DNA of 64,000 bases, taken from Candidatus Harrisonbacteria bacterium (GTDB lineage: Bacteria; Patescibacteriota; Minisyncoccia; UBA6257; 02-FULL-45-10c). Both the position numbers and the translations under genes were made by a program. Below the pieces are notes generated by a model that was given only the letters and a program-made list of their open reading frames with translations, ran no database searches and was not told the origin of the DNA. Shown here one piece after another: positions 29,701-38,937 of the stretch (positions are counted from its first letter, which is position 1; each line of letters starts with the position of its first letter). Location: the NCBI GenBank assembly GCA_016214655.1, contig JACROC010000004.1:26084-90083 (forward strand), given 5' to 3'.

Positions 29701-30309
29701 ATCGCCATACTTTCTCGCTAAATTATAATATTCCGTTTGATTTAAAATCGTCCCCATTTTCAATAATTCAACTTCTTTCTTGCTTTCGGATAATCCGCTG
29801 CGCAGCTCGGCGGTTTTTACCCCCTCTTTCCTGGCAGTTTTCTTCCGAGCCTCAAATTCCTTCTCTAATTCTTTAAGCACTCTTTCTTTATTATCCTCAT
29901 TCAAACTAGTAATGATATAAGAAATGTAATAAATAACTTTCTCTAATTTAGGCAAAGGAACATCTAATAAGAGACTGAGCTTTGATGGAGAACTTCTTAA
30001 AAACCAAATATGAGCTACCGGCGTAGCCAATTTGATATGCCCCATTCTCTCTCTTCTGACTACCGAACGCGTCACCTCGACTCCGCAACGATCACAAACA
30101 ATTCCCTTGTAACGGATCCGCCGGTATTTTCCGCAATAACACTCCCAATCTTTAGTTGGTCCGAAAATTCTTTCGGAAAAAAGGCCGTCCTTTTCCGGTC
30201 GCTGCGTACGATAATTAATTGTTTCCGGCTTGATAATTTCTCCATGAGACCATTTCAAAATATCGTCCGGGGAAGCTATTTTTAGTTTTATCGCCTGTAA
30301 ATTTTCCAT
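26737..30309 (-). CDS. rpoC: DNA-directed RNA polymerase subunit beta prime
   Basis: 1190 aa. It has the NADFDGDQM catalytic motif and a zinc-binding N-terminus (CYCGKYRR...CDRCGVEV). Confidence 0.95.
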   Translation of the reverse strand: MENLQAIKLKIASPDDILKWSHGEIIKPETINYRTQRPEKDGLFSERIFGPTKDWECYCGKYRRIRYKGIVCDRCGVEVTRSVVRRERMGHIKLATPVAHIWFLRSSPSKLSLLLDVPLPKLEKVIYYISYIITSLNEDNKERVLKELEKEFEARKKTARKEGVKTAELRSGLSESKKEVELLKMGTILNQTEYYNLARKYGDVFEAGTGAEAIRKILSQIDLDKLAKEIEKGLETSKDTISERRLLKRLKIVRAMAKEDMRPEWMILDVLPVLPPDLRPMVALDGGRYATSDLNDLYRRVINRNNRLKKLLELNAPDVIIVNEKRMLQEAVDALIDNSARFGTQQMSSQRRPLQSMADQLKGKTGRFRQNLLGKRVDYSGRSVIVIGPDLKLHECGLPKKMALELFKPFVINKVIERGLAHNIRNSNRLIEQAPPEIWAILEEVIADRKVLLNRAPTLHRLGVQAFKPVLIEDLAIRIPPMVCTAFNADFDGDQMAVHLPLSAEAQKEASEIMLSSRNLLKPATGDPIVYPTNDIVLGIYYLNKLKKDARGAGMQFSGPEEVTVAYENGVIDVNAPIMVVIDGGKIETSCGRILFNDILPEDFEFVNRMLRKKDITALVGELIHRYGNEKSSAYLDSMKKLGFEYATRSGITWSMGDLTTPGDKPALLAKAEEEITNIRQQYEDGLLTEPERRTRVLSVWANTKDALSKLVPKSLSEHNPIYSIIDSGSRGSWAQPVQMIGMKGLVANPKNEIIELPVKSSLKEGLGVLEYFISTHGARKGTTDTALKTASAGYLTRRLIDVSQDLVICEEDCKTKEGIEITRSEGMQFGLNFADQVFSRTALEDIKVDGKTVVKAGEIIDKKTAGVLQQSKVEEVKVRSPITCKTLYGLCSGCYGFDLGNNQSIKMGAAVGIVAAQSIGEPGTQLTMRTFHTGGVAGADITHGLPRVEELFECRPPKGRAYLAEEEGIIDGIEDKGLLKVIRLKAFGKTKKEKVYEYLVPRLTILFVKIGDPVKKGDQLCEGALDLKDLFILRGSRAVEKYVINEVLRIYNSEGSSMNNKHIEIIVRQMFSRVKIKESGDTDFVRGEIIEKSKFLEINREMKKAGKQPAKAQQLLLGITKVALSTQSFLSAASFQETARVLITAASEGKVDVLRGLKENVIIGKLIPVGTGYSALGGEVAEDVSEDAE

Positions 30310-30317
30310 ACTTAATT

Positions 30318-33300
30318 TTATTTTCTTCGCCTTAGCCTACCTTCCGATTGTTCACGATCAGTGATTAAATCGACGTTTAATCCCAATGCCTTTAATTCGC
30401 TAACCAGTACATTGAAAGAAGCTGGAATATTCGGACTACGAATCGGCTCGCCGCGAATGATTGACTCATAAGCAGCAGATCGGCCTAAAACATCGTCAGA
30501 TTTAATCGTAAGCATTTCTTGCAAAGTATGAGCGACGCCATAACCCTCCAAAGCCCAGACTTCCATTTCACCAAAACGCTGACCGCCAAATTGGGCTTTA
30601 CCACCGAGCGGCTGCTGAGTAATTAATGAATAGGGACCAATAGAGCGCATGTGAATCTTGTCTTCCACCAAATGATTCAATTTCATCATATAAATAACGC
30701 CAACCATGACCTCCTGATGGAATGGTTTGCCAGTTCTGCCGTCATATAATTTTACTTTTCCAGACCGAGACAAACCAGCTTTCTCCAGCTCATCTTGAAT
30801 CTGTTCCCAGGTCGCGCCAGCAAGAGCCGGAGTATAAGCACGATATCCAAGATGAGCTGCCGCCCAACCTAAATGAGTTTCAAAAATTTGTCCAAGATTC
30901 ATACGCGACGGGACGCCAAGAGGATTAAGAACAACATCTACAGGAGTGCCGTCCTCTAAATAAGGCATGTCCTCTACTGGACGGACCTGGGAAATAACTC
31001 CCTTATTTCCATGACGACCAGCCAGCTTATCACCCGCCATCACTTTGCGCAATTGAGCAACTTCTACTTGAATTCTTTTGATAATTCCCGGCTCTAATTT
31101 GTCTCCGCGCTCCCGATCAAATACCTTAATTCCAACCACGTGTCCAAATTTACCATGAGGCATGGTCAATGAGGTATCTTTAACATCTCTGGCTTTCTCA
31201 CCGAAAATAGCGCGCAATAATCTTTCTTCAGCGGTTAGCTCGCTTTCACCTTTCGGAGAAATTTTACCAACTAAAATATCGCCGGATCTCACTTCGGCTC
31301 CAACGCGAATTATACCCTCTTCATCAAGATTCTTAAGTTTCTCTTCAGAAACATTAGGGATATCGGGGGTGGTTATTTCCGGGCCAAGTTTCGTATCACG
31401 GACATCAATATAAAAATCTTCAATGTGAATAGAGGTGAACAGGTCATTCTGCACAACTCTTTCCGAAAGAACAATGGCATCTTCAAAATTGGCGCCCTCC
31501 CAAGAAGCGAATGCAACCACTAAATTCTGGCCGAGCGCCAATACGCCATTATCCGTGGATGGGCCGTCAGCCATCAAATCGCCTTTTTTAACCTTTTGAC
31601 CCGGTAATACTAATGGACGCTGAGAAATGCAAGTATACTGGTTTGAACGCTTAAATTTATTTAAGCCGTACTTTTTAACTCCAGATTTGGTTTTTAAAAC
31701 AATTTCTTTTGCATCCACCGACATCACTTCGCCAGACTCTCCGGCAATGATTAAATGCCCAGAATCCCGCGCCGCCTTCTCTTCCATGCCAGTACCGACA
31801 TACGGGGCATCGGATTTTATCGAAACCACGGCTTGGCGCTGCATATTTGAGCCCATTAATGCCCGGTTGGCATCATCATGTTCCAAAAAAGGAATAAGCG
31901 CAGTGGCAACGCTGATTAATTGATTGGGGGCGACATCAATTAAATCAACCTCATTCTTCAGACAATTGCCCGGCTCACCATTAATTCTGGCCTCTACTAC
32001 TTCCGGAATAATTTCATAAGTTTCGAGATTAAAAGGAACGCCGGCGTGAGCAATTTTATTTTTTTCTTCTTCTAAGGCATTAAGCCAAACAACCTCGGAA
32101 GTTATCTTGCCCTTCTTCACCACCACATAAGGAGTTTCCAAAAATCCTAACTCGTTGACCTTCGCATATCCGGCTAAATGATTGACCAAACCGATGTTTG
32201 CACCTTCTGGAGTTTGGATTGGGCAAATGCGGCCATAGTGAGAACTATGCACATCGCGGACTTCAAAGCCAGCGCGTTCGCGGGTCAGACCACCTGGTCC
32301 CATAGCGGAAATCCGGCGCTTATGCTCCAACTCCGCAAGCGGGTTAACCTGATCCATAAATTGCGAAAGTTGTGAAGAAGAGAAAAATTCCTTTACAACG
32401 GAGATCACCGGCCTGGAATTAACCAGCTGGACCGATGACAGTGTATTGATATCTAAGGTGGACATCCGATCCTGGACAATACGCCGCAACCGAGCAAGTC
32501 CGACACGCAACTTATTTTGCAGAAGCTCACCCACCGGCCGGACACGGCGATTTCCCAAATGATCAATATCGTCCGGCTCAACCGATTGATCATTATTCAG
32601 CCGAATAACCTCCTTTAAAATGGCCACAATATCTTGAAGCTCCAATAATCGGCTGTTACCGCCAAGTCTTAACCGCTGATTAACCTTAAACCGCCCAACC
32701 TGAGAAAGATCGTAACGGTCAAATCTGGTAAGCATAGCGTCAATTAAACTCTTTGCATTTTCAGCGGTAGCCAAATCTCCCGGCCTGATTCTCTTATAAA
32801 TTTCAATATATGATTCTGCCATATCTTTGGCTGAATCCTTCCTGAGGGTAGTCTCTAGATATTTGATTTCTCCGACATCTATATCACTAAAATTATCCGC
32901 AATTTCTGCCGGATCTTCCATGCCGAAAATTCTAAGCAAAGTAGTAGCGGCAGCTTTTCTTTTCCGGTCTATCTTAATGCCGATAAAACCATCAGGATCG
33001 GTTTCAAACTCGATCCAAACGCCACGATTCGGGATAATTTTTGCACCGAAGAGCTTTCTGCCCTTCCACATGTTGGCCGTAAAATAAACGCCAGATGAAC
33101 GAATAAGCTGGGAAACCACCACCCTTTCCACGCCATTAATAATAAAAGTTCCTCGGTCGGTCATTACCGGAAAATCACCCAGATAAACTTCTTGTTCTTT
33201 TTTATCCTTAGTTTTCCTATTGATCAGCTTGAACTTTACACGCAACGGCGCTTCATAAGTTAAATCTTTGTAACGAGAGTATTCTTCATCATATTTCGGG

Positions 33301-33506
33301 TCATCAAAATAAAAATCATCAAAATGAAGTTCTAAATCCTTGCCGGTATAATCCTTAATGGGAGAAATTTCCTCAAAGAGTTCTTTCAGCCCGGCCTTTA
33401 AAAACCACTTATACGAAGCGGTTTGAATCTCAACCAAGTTTGGCTGAGCAATCAACTGACCAGGATGCGAAGAAAATACTTTAGAAGGCAGTTTGGGCAT
33501 AAGCAA
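30318..33506 (-). CDS. rpoB: DNA-directed RNA polymerase subunit beta
   Basis: 1062 aa. Conserved rpoB blocks are present (GPGGLTRERAGFEVRDVH, NMQRQAVV). Confidence 0.95.
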   Translation of the reverse strand: MLMPKLPSKVFSSHPGQLIAQPNLVEIQTASYKWFLKAGLKELFEEISPIKDYTGKDLELHFDDFYFDDPKYDEEYSRYKDLTYEAPLRVKFKLINRKTKDKKEQEVYLGDFPVMTDRGTFIINGVERVVVSQLIRSSGVYFTANMWKGRKLFGAKIIPNRGVWIEFETDPDGFIGIKIDRKRKAAATTLLRIFGMEDPAEIADNFSDIDVGEIKYLETTLRKDSAKDMAESYIEIYKRIRPGDLATAENAKSLIDAMLTRFDRYDLSQVGRFKVNQRLRLGGNSRLLELQDIVAILKEVIRLNNDQSVEPDDIDHLGNRRVRPVGELLQNKLRVGLARLRRIVQDRMSTLDINTLSSVQLVNSRPVISVVKEFFSSSQLSQFMDQVNPLAELEHKRRISAMGPGGLTRERAGFEVRDVHSSHYGRICPIQTPEGANIGLVNHLAGYAKVNELGFLETPYVVVKKGKITSEVVWLNALEEEKNKIAHAGVPFNLETYEIIPEVVEARINGEPGNCLKNEVDLIDVAPNQLISVATALIPFLEHDDANRALMGSNMQRQAVVSIKSDAPYVGTGMEEKAARDSGHLIIAGESGEVMSVDAKEIVLKTKSGVKKYGLNKFKRSNQYTCISQRPLVLPGQKVKKGDLMADGPSTDNGVLALGQNLVVAFASWEGANFEDAIVLSERVVQNDLFTSIHIEDFYIDVRDTKLGPEITTPDIPNVSEEKLKNLDEEGIIRVGAEVRSGDILVGKISPKGESELTAEERLLRAIFGEKARDVKDTSLTMPHGKFGHVVGIKVFDRERGDKLEPGIIKRIQVEVAQLRKVMAGDKLAGRHGNKGVISQVRPVEDMPYLEDGTPVDVVLNPLGVPSRMNLGQIFETHLGWAAAHLGYRAYTPALAGATWEQIQDELEKAGLSRSGKVKLYDGRTGKPFHQEVMVGVIYMMKLNHLVEDKIHMRSIGPYSLITQQPLGGKAQFGGQRFGEMEVWALEGYGVAHTLQEMLTIKSDDVLGRSAAYESIIRGEPIRSPNIPASFNVLVSELKALGLNVDLITDREQSEGRLRRRK

Positions 33507-34021
33507 TCCTAAACTTTATTAAAAAGTTTTAGTTAAAAGTATTTAATTTTAATTAATTGTTGACCACTTAATTAATTTTGCCCCGATAATTTTCTTGAGG
33601 GCCGCGGAAAACAAAATTTATTATTACGTAAAAATAAAAAACCAATCCCTTACAGAATGGACTGATTGTGTATTAAAAAGACATGTAAAATACATTATAG
33701 CAGAACCCAAAATCTTGTCAAGCCCCGTATTCATTCATGACATATTTTCAAATTTTTATTTAATTGCTAAAATCAGACTAGAAAGTAGGCTACTGGAGTT
33801 TAGTTCACGGATTAAACTCGCCGAAATCTCTAAATCCCTATTGCCAGAATCCTATGGATCACGGTTCATAAGAGCGCGCAGAAAGATTTAGCAAAATTCT
33901 TCTACACTACTTGTTGGTTTCCAGTGGAGGTGTCTAATAAATATTGGACTGCTCCCACATAAAATGCAAAAGAGATAGCGAAGCTAAATCTTTGGTGTCC
34001 TGGATGGAAATCAACAACTCG

Positions 34022-34139
34022 CGGCTCACGGTACAATAAGTTCGACGACAACGTGCCGAATCTGTACCTGAACGACGGCGTACCCTCGCTGAACAACAAC
34101 TGGGCTGACAACAGCAATCCGAACTGGGGGTCTGCCTCC
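34022..34139 (+). repeat. DGR template repeat (TR)
   Basis: A GC-rich segment of about 118 nt aligns with the reverse complement of 35812..35929. In my hand alignment, every mismatch falls at a TR adenine. Confidence 0.75.
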
Positions 34140-34185
34140 GCGTGGTAGCTTTTAAGAAAGAAAAGGTGCCTTGAGAGGCGCTTTT

Positions 34186-34578
34186 TCATTTTTCCGAAAC
34201 CGATTTCAGCCAGCCACCGAGCATTCTTCCGATTTCCTGCAGCAGCGATTGGAGCCGGACATATTTTTTCGCATCAATAATTTTTATTTCCTTCAAAAGC
34301 CTCACTAATATTTTCAAAGTATCAAACTTAGAACTAGCCTTCTGAAGAGCAACGTATTTGCCGGACTTGTTAATGCCGGCCGCAAAAAGAATCAGCTCTA
34401 AAAATTCTAAGGCGGCATCTTCACATCTTTTACCAAGAGTATAGCGATCTTTCTTTGGAAAAAGTTCTGCATAGGAATAAAATAACTTATAAAAATCGTA
34501 AATTTTCTGTACGATAGGAGTATCCAGATGCAATCCCTCTTCTTGAATATGAAAATTGTCCATAATATTTTTGATCAA
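34186..34578 (-). CDS. Avd-like four-helix-bundle accessory protein (23S rRNA-intervening-sequence protein family)
   Basis: About 130 aa, helical, similar to four-helix-bundle proteins found beside DGR reverse transcriptases. It starts at TTG 34578 or ATG 34563. It is divergent from and slightly overlaps the RT gene. Confidence 0.55.
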   Translation of the reverse strand: MIKNIMDNFHIQEEGLHLDTPIVQKIYDFYKLFYSYAELFPKKDRYTLGKRCEDAALEFLELILFAAGINKSGKYVALQKASSKFDTLKILVRLLKEIKIIDAKKYVRLQSLLQEIGRMLGGWLKSVSEK

Positions 34579-35592
34579 ATTATTTCTTTAGAAAACCTTT
34601 TTCACGCCTGGGATATATTTAAAGTCGGCAAAAGAAGCAAGGCCGATGTCCAGGAATTTGAAAGAAATCTTGAAGATAATATTTTTGCGCTGCATAAAGA
34701 ATTAGAAGATAAAACTTATATTCATAGAGGCTATACCTCTTTTTACATAACCGATCCCAAAGTCCGCCATATTCATAAAGCCCTGGTAAGAGATCGCGTG
34801 ATCCACCACGCTCTCTTTAATGTGCTCTATCCGATTTTTGATAAGACCTTTATCTCTGAATCGTATTCCTGCCGTATCAATAAAGGTACTCATAAAGCAG
34901 TGGATCGCTTCCAAATATATTCGCAAAAAGTAACTAAAAATCACACTAAAAAATGTTTTGTCTTGAAATGCGATATTCAAAAGTTTTTTGCGAGCATTGA
35001 TCATGCTATTTTAAAAACGTTTATAGAAAATAAAATTAAAGATAAAAACGTCTTATGGCTTATAAATATAATTATTGATAGTTTTCACTCAGAAGTAGGG
35101 CTGAATAAAGGCGCGCCAATTGGCAATTTAACTTCTCAATTATTTGCCAATATCTATCTCACTGAACTTGATCAATTTATAAAACAAAACTTAAAAATCC
35201 CTTACTACATTCGATACACGGATGACTTTGTTATCTTGAGTGAAAGTAAAGAATTTTTAATAAAGCTTATCCCAATAATTGAAAAATTCCTGAAATCCAA
35301 CTTAAAACTCACTTTGCACCCCAATAAAATCAGTATCAGGCCATATCATCAGGGAATTGATTTCTTGGGTTACGTACTGTTTCCCCATCATCGCACTCCA
35401 AGGACTCGCACCCGAAGGAGAATCTTTAATAAATTGGAATCTAATATAGCGCTTTGTAAAAATGAGAAGATTCCTATCACCACCCTTGATAATTCTTTGC
35501 AATCTTACTTTGGGTTTTTGAAGCACGCGAATTCCTACAAACTAACGCAAAAATTAAAAAACCAGATTTGGTTCTGGCTGCAAGAAAAATAA
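34528..35592 (+). CDS. diversity-generating retroelement reverse transcriptase
   Basis: 354 aa. RT motifs are present, including YIRYTDDFVIL (YxDD). The DGR-specific motif 4 reads IGNLTSQLF (IGxxxSQ, in place of the group II QGxxxSP). The N-terminus is typical of DGR RTs. Confidence 0.85.
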   Translation: MQSLFLNMKIVHNIFDQIISLENLFHAWDIFKVGKRSKADVQEFERNLEDNIFALHKELEDKTYIHRGYTSFYITDPKVRHIHKALVRDRVIHHALFNVLYPIFDKTFISESYSCRINKGTHKAVDRFQIYSQKVTKNHTKKCFVLKCDIQKFFASIDHAILKTFIENKIKDKNVLWLINIIIDSFHSEVGLNKGAPIGNLTSQLFANIYLTELDQFIKQNLKIPYYIRYTDDFVILSESKEFLIKLIPIIEKFLKSNLKLTLHPNKISIRPYHQGIDFLGYVLFPHHRTPRTRTRRRIFNKLESNIALCKNEKIPITTLDNSLQSYFGFLKHANSYKLTQKLKNQIWFWLQEK

Positions 35593-35626
35593 ATACCCGA
35601 CCTTTTTATTGCCTAATAAAAATTTT

Positions 35627-35665
35627 GGATGGATGGATGGATGGATGGATGGATGGATGGATGGA
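35627..35665. repeat. (GGAT)n tetranucleotide microsatellite, about 9-10 units
   Basis: Perfect GGATGGATGG... run lying between the convergent RT and target genes. Confidence 0.9.
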
Positions 35666-35807
35666 AACGGAAACCGCTTTTCATTTTATTATTTTAACTT
35701 ATTTTTTATAAAAAAAGAATGGGGCGTCTCGCATGTCGCAAAACGCCCCGATGTCCAAGGTCCAAGTACCAAGGCACAAGTGCCAAGATACAAAGACCGA
35801 AGACCTA

Positions 35808-36530
35808 CTACACTACCGCCTCGGAGGCAGACCCCCAGCCCGGAAGCCTGACGCCAGCCCAGCGGCCGTCCAGCGAGGGCACGCCGTCGCGCAGGTACAG
35901 ACCCGGCACGCTGTCGCCGAACCTACCGCACCGCGAGCCGGAAAGATCAACGTAGTGATCCTTCAGAAGGTCAGGGTTTTCGCGATATAGCGCGAGTCCC
36001 TTGACCGTCATCAGACCTCTCCGGTTGTTCCTTCCGAACTCCTCAATGGCGCTGTTCGGCGACCAGTTCAGCATCTTCTTGCCGTTCTCCACTCCGTAGA
36101 TCCAGCCCCATCGGCCTTGCGGCTTCGGGTGCAGATCCTCGTGATAGCTGAGGTCCAGGTAGTTCTTGATGCCAAGCAACTGGCACTGCCTGTCGATCGG
36201 CGTCTCGTAATCCACCAGGAGCGCCAGGCCAAGCTTCAGCTTGGCCTCATCCGGGAGCGAAATATCCTTCTCGTCGAAGGCATAGCCCCGCGCCAGGAGA
36301 TGCTCCACCTGGAACTGCCGGACTTTTTCAGGTTCGCTCTGGAGCTTTGCCGAAAGCTTCTTGATAGAAGCCACGATGTCGGCTTGGAACTCGCCGCCTT
36401 TGCCAATAAGTTGCTGGAGCCCGTCCTTGTCGAGACCGGCTTCCTTACGCGCTTTCTCGGCAGCGTCCTCAACGAACCGCTTGTACTGCTTCTCCTGTCC
36501 GGATGTGATCGATGTTTTCATCGTCATCAT
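35808..36530 (-). CDS. DGR target protein with a C-terminal variable region
   Basis: 240 aa. The gene is GC-rich, in contrast to the flanking sequence. The last ~40 codons (...SRCGRFGDSVPGLYLRDGVPSLDGRWAGVRLPGWGSASEAVV) are encoded by the VR. Confidence 0.7.
   Translation of the reverse strand: MMTMKTSITSGQEKQYKRFVEDAAEKARKEAGLDKDGLQQLIGKGGEFQADIVASIKKLSAKLQSEPEKVRQFQVEHLLARGYAFDEKDISLPDEAKLKLGLALLVDYETPIDRQCQLLGIKNYLDLSYHEDLHPKPQGRWGWIYGVENGKKMLNWSPNSAIEEFGRNNRRGLMTVKGLALYRENPDLLKDHYVDLSGSRCGRFGDSVPGLYLRDGVPSLDGRWAGVRLPGWGSASEAVV
35812..35929 (-). repeat. DGR variable repeat (VR)
   Basis: It matches the TR with substitutions only at TR adenines. Most are A to G, some A to C or A to T. A shared GC-rich 3' element, CTGGGGGTCTGCCTCC, is present in both. 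Confidence 0.75.
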
Positions 36531-36656
36531 CCTCCTTTATGTTAGATCATCGTGCTATTAAGCAACGATGTACTAAATATAGTAAAGCACACTTAAAGCT
36601 ATTTTGTCAAGTTCGCCACGATGCCTCAGTAACTTGGTACCCTACAATCACTTCCT

Positions 36657-37787
36657 TTATTTTCCGAATAAATCTACATATTCGTGCAACTCAAAAGACC
36701 GGTTGCGCGAGAAGCCGGTTTTTTCTTTTAGCACCCCTTTCTGCTCAAACTCATTTACGAGACGAGTTGCCGTTACGAATGCAACTCCGAGTTTTTCGGC
36801 AATCTGGTTTATATTCATAATCGGCTGGGAAAAGAGCCTGAGCAATAATTGCTGACCCAATTCGGCGCGACGCCCCATAGCAACAATTTTTCTTTCGTAA
36901 CGCTGTCGGAGAATGATAATTTTTTCAAATGTTTCTTTTCCTTTTGTTGCCGTTTCAATGACGCCCGATAAGAAGAACTTGATCCATTGTTCGATATTGT
37001 CCGAAGCTCGAACCACCATAAGCGAATCGTAATATGCCCCCTTATTTCTTTCAAAGAAATCTGAAAGATATAAAGTCGGTTTTTGAAGCACGCCTGCTTC
37101 CACCAGTTGCAGGGTGATAAGTAAGCGTCCAACCCTACCATTGCCGTCAAGAAATGGGTGGATAGTTTCAAATTGATAATGACTCATCGCCATCTTAATC
37201 AAAAGCGGAATATCAAGTATTTTATTGTGCCAGAACTTTTCAAGATCGGAAAGCAGCTCTGACACTTCGCTTGGATGCGGCGGGATGAAGAACGCGTCTT
37301 TCAAACTTGAACCGCCAATCCAATTCTGGCTTACCCGTATTTCTCCCGGAGTTTTATATTCGCCACGGACACTTGTAAGCAACATTTTATGCGCACCCCT
37401 TAATAAACGCATCGAGAGGGGCAAGCTCTGAAGTTCTTTGATTGCATGATTTATAGCCGCAATATAATTTTGCACCTCTTTCCAATCATCGCGTCTTTCC
37501 GGATTTACGTCCTCTCTCCGCAGAAGCACCTCGTCAATTCCCGTTTTAGTTCCTTCAATGCGGCTGGAAGTCGTTGCTTCTTTTGCTATGTGCATTTTAA
37601 TGAAATAGTCGACATCCGGCACAAGCGTCGAATAAGCATTCAGTTCGCCCAAAAGCCGCATTGCTTCGCTTAAAAGTAAATTAATCTTGGCATCTTGCCA
37701 CTTAAAAGGCTTGTTGATTGCAGATGGGCTGAAGCTCTTGTATTCCAACTGTTGTTTATACGCACCCGCCTTAAATGATTGTTCCAT
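36657..37787 (-). CDS. Fic family protein (Fic/Doc, probable AMPylase) with C-terminal winged helix
   Basis: 376 aa. The canonical Fic motif [14 protein letters not shown] (HPFx[DE]GNGRxxR) is present. Confidence 0.8.
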   Translation of the reverse strand: MEQSFKAGAYKQQLEYKSFSPSAINKPFKWQDAKINLLLSEAMRLLGELNAYSTLVPDVDYFIKMHIAKEATTSSRIEGTKTGIDEVLLRREDVNPERRDDWKEVQNYIAAINHAIKELQSLPLSMRLLRGAHKMLLTSVRGEYKTPGEIRVSQNWIGGSSLKDAFFIPPHPSEVSELLSDLEKFWHNKILDIPLLIKMAMSHYQFETIHPFLDGNGRVGRLLITLQLVEAGVLQKPTLYLSDFFERNKGAYYDSLMVVRASDNIEQWIKFFLSGVIETATKGKETFEKIIILRQRYERKIVAMGRRAELGQQLLLRLFSQPIMNINQIAEKLGVAFVTATRLVNEFEQKGVLKEKTGFSRNRSFELHEYVDLFGK

Positions 37788-37893
37788 ATATGAAAGTATA
37801 TATTTTTATATTTTCACTTTAGCATATGAAGTGAAAATATGCAAATTCATGTTTCCACTTCTTGATAATTGATATTAGCGATCTACTGAATGA

Positions 37894-38937
37894 CTAAGCG
37901 CCTAAATACTTTGCCCTATTATAATTATGTTCATCTAAATCTTTACTAAAAATCGTCTTCTTGGTCTTTGGGTCAGAAAGATAGTATAAATATTCCGAAA
38001 CGATTGGGTCAATCGCCGCCCTAACCGCCTCCAGCCCGGGGTTCCCGATCGGTCCGGGCGGAAGTCCATAATATAAGTAGGTGTTATACTTTGACTGAAA
38101 TTCTAAATCTTTCCTATAAACCTTCGGGTCCTGACAAGTTAAAAATGCTCCGCCGCATTTTGCGTAAGTGATAGTCGCATCCACCTGAAGTGGTATTCCT
38201 AGTTTCAATCTCTTATATATAATTCCGGCAATAATTTGCCGGTCTTTAAATTCGGGCGCTTCTTTTTCAAGCAAAGACGCGATTATCAGTATTTCCGATA
38301 AACTAAACTCTCTGCACTTTACGCTTTTTACTTTGCACCCCTGAAAAACCGGCCAGGCTTTTTTCTTAAAATTATCTAAAATTTTTTCAACGATTTCCCT
38401 GGTTTCACCCCCAATAAAAAAACGGTAAGTATCCGGGAATAAAAACCCCTCTAAACTATTTGCATCTTTAAGAAATTCGTATTCTGTCGTCAATTCCTTA
38501 AAAGAATGACGGGCTAAAGAACCTGGTGACAAAAATTTATCTTGGCTCAAAGCCTCATCAACATCTTTCAGGGTTATGCCTTCAGGAAAAATTATTTGCT
38601 TGTCGATTTCCGGACCGACCACCAATGCCCTTATAATACTGGGCGTGGTAGAACCGCTACTTAAAGAATAATTTCCCGGCTTTAACTGATGCGCCGAACC
38701 GGAAATAATACCGTAAATCACAAATGCGCGCGGGGAACGGATTATGCCTTTTTCATACAAAGACCGAGATATGTCCCAAAAACCAGTTCCTCCTCTTATT
38801 TCCACCGATCTATGTTGCGAATTACTGCTAGCCGGACTGAGTAAGAAAAAAAACAGCGCAATATTCAGGCTGATCAAAGACCAAAATATGAAAAATAATT
38901 TTGACATGTATATTCTAAAATCTACGATGAACAACAA
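37894..38937 (-). CDS. mltG: endolytic murein transglycosylase MltG (YceG-like)
   Basis: 347 aa. It has an N-terminal TM segment and a YceG-like domain (IIASLLEKEAPEFKDRQIIAGIIYKRLKLGIPLQVDATITY). Confidence 0.8.
   Translation of the reverse strand: MLFIVDFRIYMSKLFFIFWSLISLNIALFFFLLSPASSNSQHRSVEIRGGTGFWDISRSLYEKGIIRSPRAFVIYGIISGSAHQLKPGNYSLSSGSTTPSIIRALVVGPEIDKQIIFPEGITLKDVDEALSQDKFLSPGSLARHSFKELTTEYEFLKDANSLEGFLFPDTYRFFIGGETREIVEKILDNFKKKAWPVFQGCKVKSVKCREFSLSEILIIASLLEKEAPEFKDRQIIAGIIYKRLKLGIPLQVDATITYAKCGGAFLTCQDPKVYRKDLEFQSKYNTYLYYGLPPGPIGNPGLEAVRAAIDPIVSEYLYYLSDPKTKKTIFSKDLDEHNYNRAKYLGA

Noticed and set aside
26858-33087. Numerous 60-100-aa ORFs on the +strand within rpoB and rpoC
   Set aside because: They are antisense to two of the most conserved genes in the window. 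These are typical spurious frames.
33902-34189. 95-aa minus-strand ORF
   Set aside because: It overlaps the DGR template repeat. Its translation (…EGTPSFRYRFGTLSSNLLYREP…) simply mirrors the VR-like sequence read antisense, and it has no start context.
36117-36545. 142-aa +strand ORF, and others at 35609-35990
   Set aside because: They are antisense to the GC-rich DGR target gene. High GC inflates spurious ORF length here, and the target-gene frame is the one carrying the VR at its 3' end.
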